A stretch of DNA of 45,237 nt, from assembly GCA_043772635.1 (NCBI GenBank), contig JAYVGA010000183.1, positions 1 to 45,237 on the forward strand, written 5' to 3'. The translations under genes and the position numbers were made by a program. Below are positions 38,618 through 45,237 of the stretch, in pieces; within the stretch, counting starts at the first letter, position 1, and the number at the start of each line of letters is the position of its first letter. The notes beneath the pieces are model-generated. The model was not told the DNA's origin, did no database searches, and was given only the letters and a program-made list of their open reading frames with translations. The DNA comes from Chitinophagaceae bacterium (lineage in GTDB: Bacteria; Bacteroidota; Bacteroidia; Chitinophagales; Chitinophagaceae).

Positions 38618-39559
38618 TTAAACAGAAATCACAGGGTTGTTGTAGCGTACAGAAGTTAGCAGCCTTAATTTTAAAAACCCTGCTCTTATACTGTTGTATT
38701 GATAAATCATCACATCCATCAGGGGTTTAAAACTAAAAAATTCTCTTAAGGCATCTGTATATAATTTTAAAAAAAGGTATTCGCTTCTATCACATATCTG
38801 CAACAGTTCATTTTGTTTTGAGGCTGCTGTACCTTCAGGTATATCTTCCTGTAAATAATCCCAGTACAATGAATGTTCAAAAGCAGTTACACATAACCCG
38901 CATTTACTTACCTGATTTTGCAAATCGGTTGCAAACTCTTTGTCTTCTTCGGAAAGTGCAAAAAAAACGTTTCTCAGATTTTTGTCGTCTATCTCTTCGG
39001 CAATCATTTCAAAATCTTTAGATACCTGCTGCAGGTAAGAAATAAGAAATGATATTTTTTTCTCCGCACTATCATTAGTTACACCTGCTGTTGTTTCTAC
39101 TATGGATTTTTCTACAGGAGTTTTAACCGCTTCATAATTCTTCAGGCTGCCATGAATAGCGTTTAACTGATTTGAAAGCACATTTTTAAAAATTGCCGGT
39201 ATCTGCGGGTCTGCCAAAATGCTTTCATAATAATTACTAGCAAATTTTTCTCCTATAATACAACAGGATTTTACCACGCTTTTATCTTTTGATTTTAACT
39301 GAAAACACATATCCTTCCAGGTACGGTGCAGGAGGCTTAAAAAACCACCCTTTGAATAAGTGAGTGCATCTATGGAATGCAGGAGTTTTTTTATCTGCCT
39401 GGCAAAGTCGCTGCGTTGATAGGATAGTTTCTCAAAAAAACTTCCTAACTCCTTACTACCGGCATATTTTGATGCGGTAAGATAACCTTCGCTTGCATCA
39501 TCAAGTATAGCTGCCAGATGGTTGAGTTTTTCAGCTACAAGTGTTTGTTTCATTTGCAT
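38618..39559 (-). CDS. Protein with two tandem DUF2383/ferritin-like helical domains
   Basis: N-half LN.L...L.D...GY..A...QR..FA...LHR.W.D...GE.....YY; C-half DFE..AE...D.NLR..F...E...FA..L...C...E......Y..AL. Confidence 0.7.
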   Translation of the reverse strand: MQMKQTLVAEKLNHLAAILDDASEGYLTASKYAGSKELGSFFEKLSYQRSDFARQIKKLLHSIDALTYSKGGFLSLLHRTWKDMCFQLKSKDKSVVKSCCIIGEKFASNYYESILADPQIPAIFKNVLSNQLNAIHGSLKNYEAVKTPVEKSIVETTAGVTNDSAEKKISFLISYLQQVSKDFEMIAEEIDDKNLRNVFFALSEEDKEFATDLQNQVSKCGLCVTAFEHSLYWDYLQEDIPEGTAASKQNELLQICDRSEYLFLKLYTDALREFFSFKPLMDVMIYQYNSIRAGFLKLRLLTSVRYNNPVISV

Positions 39560-39609
39560 ATCAGTTGGTATTTACATTATGAGGGCAATAATATCTACTA
39601 CTTTTAAAT

Positions 39610-39624
39610 ACAATTAATATACCA
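39610..39624 (-). promoter_or_regulatory. Sigma54-like motif
   Basis: TGGTATATTAATTGT (GG-N10-GT) upstream of ATG 39559. Confidence 0.45.
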
Positions 39625-39859
39625 TACCCTTTAAAAAACCATAGTCTTTATAAATTAATGTTCGCAAAAATAATTGTTGAAAAACATCAGCAGCAATTTG
39701 GTAGAGCAGGTTTTGTATTATATTATTTTTATATCGCAGGGTTAAAAAATTTCTATATAGGCTTGTTTAATGTACTGATAAATCAGTACTGGTGATTTTC
39801 TTAGAAATGTATTCATAATTCTCTGTAAAAAAGCATTAGAGACCTTAATAGCATCAATT

Positions 39860-40834
39860 TTAAGTAAGCGTATTTGGTTCTTTAACATTTTCCGGGGCAG
39901 GTTCTGGTTTAATAGTAAATGGCGGTATTTCTTTTTTTTCTTCTTTTAAAATGTACACCGCATTTTCGTGTGGCTTAATGCCTTTACCTTTTTGTAATGC
40001 ATATACCTTGGTAAATTCTGCGCCAAAATAAAGTATAACAGAAGTATAATACACCCACAACAGTAAAATTACTAAAGAAGCGGCGGCACCATAAGCTGCA
40101 CTGGTTTTACTATTACCAATAAAATAGCCAATTAAAAATTTTCCCATTAAAAAAAGTATTGCGGTAAACATAGCGCCCTTCATGGCATCTTTCCAGTAAA
40201 TGGTGGCATCGGGCAGTACCTTATAAATAACAGTAAAGAAAAAACTGATAATGGCAAAAATAAATACAATGTTAAGGCTGTACATTAAATAAAAAGTGCC
40301 TTCAGAAAATATAGCAGATAACCTTTCGTTTAAGGCATCCATGGCAGCATTTATAACCAGCGAAACCAGCATTAAAAATCCAAGGCTTACTATTAGAGAA
40401 AAAGAAATTACCCTGTTTATAATAAACTTCAGCCAGCCCTTTTTAGGTTTAGCTTTTATGCTCCATATATAATTAATGCTGTCCTGAATTTCTGTAAATA
40501 CACCTGTGGCTCCAAAGAGTAAAATAATAACCCCGGTAATGGCGCCAAATGTACTTTCATCCTTTAAATGGGTATTGGCAATCATTTCCTGTATTTGCAA
40601 AGCTGCATTACTGCCTACCAGTTTTTGCAACTGCCCAAACAGCCTGCCCTGCACAGCATCCTGCCCATAAAACGCACCGGCAAAAGCAATAATTAAAAAC
40701 AGCATGGGCGCTATAGAAAATATAGTGAAATAAGAAAGAGATGCACTGAGTTTTAAAACATTATCATTGGAAAACTCAATAAAAGTTTGGCGGAGCAGGC
40801 CTATGTTTTTTTTTATATGGGTAAATATGATCAT
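39860..40834 (-). CDS. YihY/virulence factor BrkB family membrane protein
   Basis: SASLSYFTIFS.AP, ATGVF.EIQDS.N.IW, YK.LPDA, YGAA.SLV..LLWVYY...I.YFGAEF. Confidence 0.93.
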   Translation of the reverse strand: MIIFTHIKKNIGLLRQTFIEFSNDNVLKLSASLSYFTIFSIAPMLFLIIAFAGAFYGQDAVQGRLFGQLQKLVGSNAALQIQEMIANTHLKDESTFGAITGVIILLFGATGVFTEIQDSINYIWSIKAKPKKGWLKFIINRVISFSLIVSLGFLMLVSLVINAAMDALNERLSAIFSEGTFYLMYSLNIVFIFAIISFFFTVIYKVLPDATIYWKDAMKGAMFTAILFLMGKFLIGYFIGNSKTSAAYGAAASLVILLLWVYYTSVILYFGAEFTKVYALQKGKGIKPHENAVYILKEEKKEIPPFTIKPEPAPENVKEPNTLT

Positions 40835-40866
40835 TTACAAAAGCTATTTTAAATCACTTTACAAAC

Positions 40867-40892
40867 AAAAAGAATGCCCCGAAGGGCATTCT
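40867..40892 (-). terminator. Intrinsic terminator with cUUCGg tetraloop
   Basis: Minus strand AGAATGCCC-TTCG-GGGCATTCT-TTTT. Confidence 0.75.
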
Positions 40893-41262
40893 AACTTATA
40901 AATCGTTCGCTGCTTTCGCAATCCAAAAACGATTCTCTGAAAAGCTACATAAAATATTTGCTCTTATAGTGTGTTACGATGCTTAGCTGCTGCACATGTT
41001 ATACTACTTATAAGGGTGCTTTTTATACAAACAGCAAATTCCCTGATAAATTTTTTATGCATACTTTTCTCACGGATAGAATTAAAATGGTACTTGTCGT
41101 TTTTAATTCTTTTTTTATATATAAAAAACCGTACCATTATTACTTTAGGTTATTTTTAAAAATTAGTACTATTTAATTGCTGAAATACTTCTACAATAAA
41201 AATAAAAGAGGGAAATAATTACACGTTTCTTTTAATGTAGATTAAGGCTGCGTTTTTATTAT

Positions 41263-41365
41263 GGGTGAGCCACCCTTCGCAAAACTCAGCCTTTGTAAAC
41301 CGGGTGAGCAGCACCCCTCGCAAAGGCTTTAATTATCAAAGTTTTCAAAGGGGTAACCCACCCTT
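41263..41365. repeat. Degenerate REP-like cluster
   Basis: GGGTGAGC...CACCC(T/C)TCGCAAA occurs twice, plus GGGGTAACCCACCCTT. Confidence 0.55.
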
Positions 41366-41374
41366 CTGTCATAA

Positions 41375-43672
41375 TTAAAAAGGATAACCAATGCCTATAT
41401 TAAAAATAAGATTCTCTTTTTGCCAGGCACGGCTACCCAGTTTTATATCTTTAATTACCCATTCGTTGCCTGCGGGCAGCCAGGGTTTTCTAAAAGGAAT
41501 GGCCACATCGAGGCGTATAATTAAAACGGTAATATCTACCCTTACACCCAGGCCTGCATCTACAGCAAGTTCTTTTAAAAACCGGCTGCTGAATTTTCCT
41601 TCTTCGCCAAAGAGTAATGCATTTTTTGTCCATATATTTCCAGCCTCTGCAAACAATGCCCCATTAAGCCGCCCTGCCAGTGGAAAACGCAATTCTGTCT
41701 GCATCTCCAGTTTATAATCTCCGCCTATCTGGGGGTAAGTTACCTGCTGGTCTGCAGTAGTGCGTGCTTTGCCTGGCCCCAGCTGCCTGGGTCTGAAGCC
41801 TCTTAAACTATTGCTTCCGCCAATGATAAATTGTTTTGAAAAAGGAAGGTAGGCAGAGTTGCCGTAAGGCATACCTGCGCCGATAGCAAGCCTGTTGGCC
41901 AGTTGTGTAGTAGGCGTTAATCTTCGGCTATACCTTAAATCAAAATCCAGTTTTACAAACTGGCTAAAATAAGCCCCTCCGATTTTTTGGCTAAATGGAG
42001 CGTTTGCTTTTTTAAAAAGGCCTGCTACATTACCAGCTGCATCTGCATTAATATTAAAATATAAAATATTTTTAGCCCGCAGTCTTCCTGAATTACCCAA
42101 TGTAAAATTATAAAAGGATTCCAGTATAAGCTCTGGCTTATTTGCAAACTGCAGCACAGGATAAAGATTTATTTTTTGAAGATATTCCGGAGAAAAAGCA
42201 GTAGCATTATTATAGGTTATGCTCACGGGAGCCAGCGTATGTTCGTCGCCTGATTTCTTTTTCCAGTTAAGATCATACTGAAACCTGAAAAAGTTTTTAG
42301 TGTACAGCAATTGCCTGCGCATCCACTCATATCCTAAAGTAAATTTTGTATAAGGCGGATAATAAATACTTTCTTTTAATTTAAGCGGAACAATAAAGCG
42401 GGGGATGAGCAGTGAAACTTCGCCGCCCAAACGCCAGTTGTTATTTTTCTTAAGGCTGTCGTTTGATGATGTCTCTATAGCACCGTAAGTTTTAATATTC
42501 AGTTGTTCGGCACCTTTAAAAACGTTCCTGTTTTTCCAGTTTACATTTACCTGTGCGCCGGTAAAAGAATTTGATTTTGTAAAGCCGCCAATTTCGGCAC
42601 TGATGGTTTTCTTTTTTAATGGGGTAAGGTAGTAGTAAACATTCATTAAAGAAATACCTGCCGAATCTCCGGCAGGTGCATACCTGCTTTTTACAAATTT
42701 AAAAGCGCCCATTTTTATAAATCTGTTCAGCGATTCATTATGCCGTTCCTGGTTATACAAAGAGCCGGAACGGTAAGTAACAGAACGCACCAGGGCAGAG
42801 GGTTTAAACTGGTTTACAGTATCTCTTATGTAAATACCATCATATTTTATTAAGCCTCTTTTTGAGGTATCGGGAGGAGGAACAATTAATGTATAGTTTG
42901 GAAACACCAGAATACTCTTAATAGATTGAGGTACCCTGGCCAGCGGAGGTGTTTCTGTTTTAATACTAAAAAAAATATTGGCTTTATGATTGCCGATAGT
43001 AGTGTCTAAATATGTTTTAATATAATCGGGGCTAAAATAATAATAGCCCTTTCTCTTTAATGCCAGGTCTGTTCTTTTTGTTTCTGCTTTAATATTTTCC
43101 ATGTCAAACTGCTGGCCGGGTTTTACATAATTATTACGGCTCCCGATGCTTAAAATATCTTTACTGAGTGCACTGGAATCAAGGGACCATTTTACGGTAT
43201 CCATTATATACGGCCTGGTGAGCAGCACGGTGTACAATGCATTTAGTTTATATCCTTTTACTTTAGATGCAGAAGAAACTTCTGTTTTAAAATAGCCCCT
43301 GTTTTCGGCATAGGCTTCCATGTTTTCTTCATTTGCTTTTAAATTTACCATGGTGCTTAGCGCGGGTGGTTCTCCCAGCCGGTTGCGCAGCCAGTATTTA
43401 AGCCCCGTTTGTTTTTTTGTATTGCCTATGGCATACCAAAAACCTACCTTATACGGATAGCCAAAAATCATTTTATTTTTTGTGGGAAAACTTGCTTCGT
43501 GCAGGGCATGCCTTATTGTTTTTGTACGTACAGGGTTATCGGCTGTTTTATTTACTTTAACCGTAGAGCCATTATACAGGTAAGTACCTTTAGGCAAATG
43601 CTTACGTACACTGCAGGAACTTATTACCAGCAGCAACATACCTATTACTATCCCGCATTTATTGCACATCAT
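41375..43672 (-). CDS. BamA/TamA (TamL-type) outer membrane lipoprotein
   Basis: ISSC lipobox, GEPP, POTRA-like region, GGSNSLRGF.PR.LGPG, RLD.A.P, NIGIGYPF. Confidence 0.93.
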   Translation of the reverse strand: MMCNKCGIVIGMLLLVISSCSVRKHLPKGTYLYNGSTVKVNKTADNPVRTKTIRHALHEASFPTKNKMIFGYPYKVGFWYAIGNTKKQTGLKYWLRNRLGEPPALSTMVNLKANEENMEAYAENRGYFKTEVSSASKVKGYKLNALYTVLLTRPYIMDTVKWSLDSSALSKDILSIGSRNNYVKPGQQFDMENIKAETKRTDLALKRKGYYYFSPDYIKTYLDTTIGNHKANIFFSIKTETPPLARVPQSIKSILVFPNYTLIVPPPDTSKRGLIKYDGIYIRDTVNQFKPSALVRSVTYRSGSLYNQERHNESLNRFIKMGAFKFVKSRYAPAGDSAGISLMNVYYYLTPLKKKTISAEIGGFTKSNSFTGAQVNVNWKNRNVFKGAEQLNIKTYGAIETSSNDSLKKNNNWRLGGEVSLLIPRFIVPLKLKESIYYPPYTKFTLGYEWMRRQLLYTKNFFRFQYDLNWKKKSGDEHTLAPVSITYNNATAFSPEYLQKINLYPVLQFANKPELILESFYNFTLGNSGRLRAKNILYFNINADAAGNVAGLFKKANAPFSQKIGGAYFSQFVKLDFDLRYSRRLTPTTQLANRLAIGAGMPYGNSAYLPFSKQFIIGGSNSLRGFRPRQLGPGKARTTADQQVTYPQIGGDYKLEMQTELRFPLAGRLNGALFAEAGNIWTKNALLFGEEGKFSSRFLKELAVDAGLGVRVDITVLIIRLDVAIPFRKPWLPAGNEWVIKDIKLGSRAWQKENLIFNIGIGYPF

Positions 43673-45237
43673 TATTTCTTTTTTCTTCTCAGTAATTCTT
43701 TAAACTTATTATAGTCCATCGTAAGGCTAAAGGCTACGCCTGTTTCAATAAAATATCCATCCAAAATTGCTTCGTACTGGTTGCGGCGGTATGCCCTCAG
43801 CATATACCTTCCATCTGTAGAAAGTTTGTACGTAGTATTTATATCCGGCAAAAACTGCATGCTGTTTCCGCCGGCATTGCCTTTAGCAACATCCTGACTG
43901 CCATAGAGGGTAAAGCTTTTTCCAAAACTTATATTTAACCTGTCGTTTAAAAAGTTTTTGCCCAGTGTTACATCCAGGTCGGTTCTTTTTGCAGAAGGAT
44001 CATCATCTACATTCTTCAGGTTCACATCTATATCTACCCCTTTAATAAGATTAGAAGCCAGTTGCTGCACGGCGGCATTTAAAAAACCGGTAACACTTGC
44101 ATTGGCCAGCAGGCCTGTGTTTACAATACCATTGCCTCCAAAAAAATCGGTGCTTTCATCGCCAATAAACCTGTTTAAAGCCAGCAGGGCAAATACCTGT
44201 TTGTTCATTGCAGAAGGATCTTTGCGTAACTGCTCCAGTTTATTTTCTATGGTGTTAGATAATTCGTAAGAAATGCCTTCCGACTTTTCTTTTATCACAA
44301 TATCAAAACTTAACTGAGGTTTAGAAATAGTGCCATTAATTTTTAGTAATACCTGGAAGGGTACTTTTCTTTTGTACACCGCATTTTCTGCCACGGTAGA
44401 TGTGCCCACTTCGTTGCCTACCAAATCTAATGGCGCTGTATTTATATCATACACTGCTGTAATATTTGCAGTGGCATTTAAGGGGTCGCCACTCATAGAA
44501 ATAGAGCTGCCGCTTAATAAAATAAATTTCTTTTCTACCGGACCATAATTTAACTGGTAGCTTCCTTTTACCAGGTAATAAGTACCTGCCAGCTCTACTG
44601 TGCCATTGGGATTTACGGCCGCTGTAATTTGCGCACTGCCCTGCACCTGCAGTTCATCTCTTGTGGCAGGATCCAGTATTACACTCAGTTTTGCTTCGGG
44701 TTCTACTTCAAGGTTTAAATTGTACTGCAGGCTGCCTGCACTTTTAGTTACTCTTTTTTTGCCGGGCGCATCGGGCATATTATTTCTTGCCACCAAATTG
44801 CTGATGGTATCCATATCTATAAACTCCATCAGCTCTTCTCTTTGTTTTATAGATGCAGGTGTGGTTTGCTGCACATAGGTAAGAGCCGTTCCGTTTTTTA
44901 CTATCACATTGCCCGCAAGTTCAGGAGTTGCTATGGGTCCCTTCATGCTGGCATCAAGCTCTACAATGGCTTTACCGTAAAGCATATTATTATCTGTAGC
45001 CGCATTATTTATTGCAGTAAAATTTTTTGCTGATAAAGAAAGATCGCTGATAAAATCGGTGTTTTCGTTTTGTGTAACAGAGCCGTTTATTTTTAATTCA
45101 TTACCGGTGCTATCCTGCACGGTAAAATTATTTAATAAAACAGATGGGTACTGCAGCGTTAACTTTTGCCCATCGGCTTTTATGTAAGTACCAAAAGAAG
45201 CTACAGTTGTTTGCACTTTATTAAGCGTTAGCTCTCC
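43672..45237 (-). CDS. tamB: TamB-like translocation/assembly module protein (3' part; 5' end outside the window)
   Basis: G.P..A..NITA.Y, P.LSFDI, NKQVFALL.LNRF, LNDRL....G, Y.LS.DGRY...AYR.N.Y; TAATG overlap with the TamA-like gene. Confidence 0.88.
   Translation of the reverse strand, partial: GELTLNKVQTTVASFGTYIKADGQKLTLQYPSVLLNNFTVQDSTGNELKINGSVTQNENTDFISDLSLSAKNFTAINNAATDNNMLYGKAIVELDASMKGPIATPELAGNVIVKNGTALTYVQQTTPASIKQREELMEFIDMDTISNLVARNNMPDAPGKKRVTKSAGSLQYNLNLEVEPEAKLSVILDPATRDELQVQGSAQITAAVNPNGTVELAGTYYLVKGSYQLNYGPVEKKFILLSGSSISMSGDPLNATANITAVYDINTAPLDLVGNEVGTSTVAENAVYKRKVPFQVLLKINGTISKPQLSFDIVIKEKSEGISYELSNTIENKLEQLRKDPSAMNKQVFALLALNRFIGDESTDFFGGNGIVNTGLLANASVTGFLNAAVQQLASNLIKGVDIDVNLKNVDDDPSAKRTDLDVTLGKNFLNDRLNISFGKSFTLYGSQDVAKGNAGGNSMQFLPDINTTYKLSTDGRYMLRAYRRNQYEAILDGYFIETGVAFSLTMDYNKFKELLRRKKK

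Noticed and set aside
34574-41176. ORFs 34574..34984, 35843..36283, 36475..36984, 40971..41159, 40979..41176
   Set aside because: Antisense to supported genes, or low-complexity AT-rich frames.

Overview
AT-rich Bacteroidota DNA; the promoter motifs, T9SS cargo genes and gene content suggest Chitinophagaceae (inference). There are five blocks. (1) 1.3-15.4 kb: a SusD-less TonB-dependent receptor locus with an ElpS-like beta-helix protein, a 1366-aa SprB-repeat protein, three T9SS type-A CTD proteins and a lipoprotein. Four of these proteins (the giant and the three CTD proteins) reuse two unnamed domains, three copies each, and three promoters share one 11-bp-repeat/-7 layout. This is the best candidate for an undescribed co-regulated surface system, possibly phosphate-starvation related. 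(2) 16.5-23.2 kb: a urease cluster ureABCEFGD plus a Ni-transporter-like gene. ureA has an in-frame TAG, and the spacers hold REP/MITE debris and a decayed copy of the ureG 5' end. (3) A YhcG/DUF1016 gene with an in-frame TAA and two coding palindromes. (4) An acyl-CoA (propionyl-CoA-type) carboxylase trio. (5) 28.6-45.2 kb: a stress/dormancy island (small membrane proteins, cls, PA2169/DUF2383, topoisomerase IB, Fet4-like permease, DUF892, Ku-LigD, YihY, TamA/TamB-like) with recurrent sigma54-like TGGYA motifs. I saw no rRNA, tRNA or CRISPR array. All family names come from motif recognition by eye, not from database searches.
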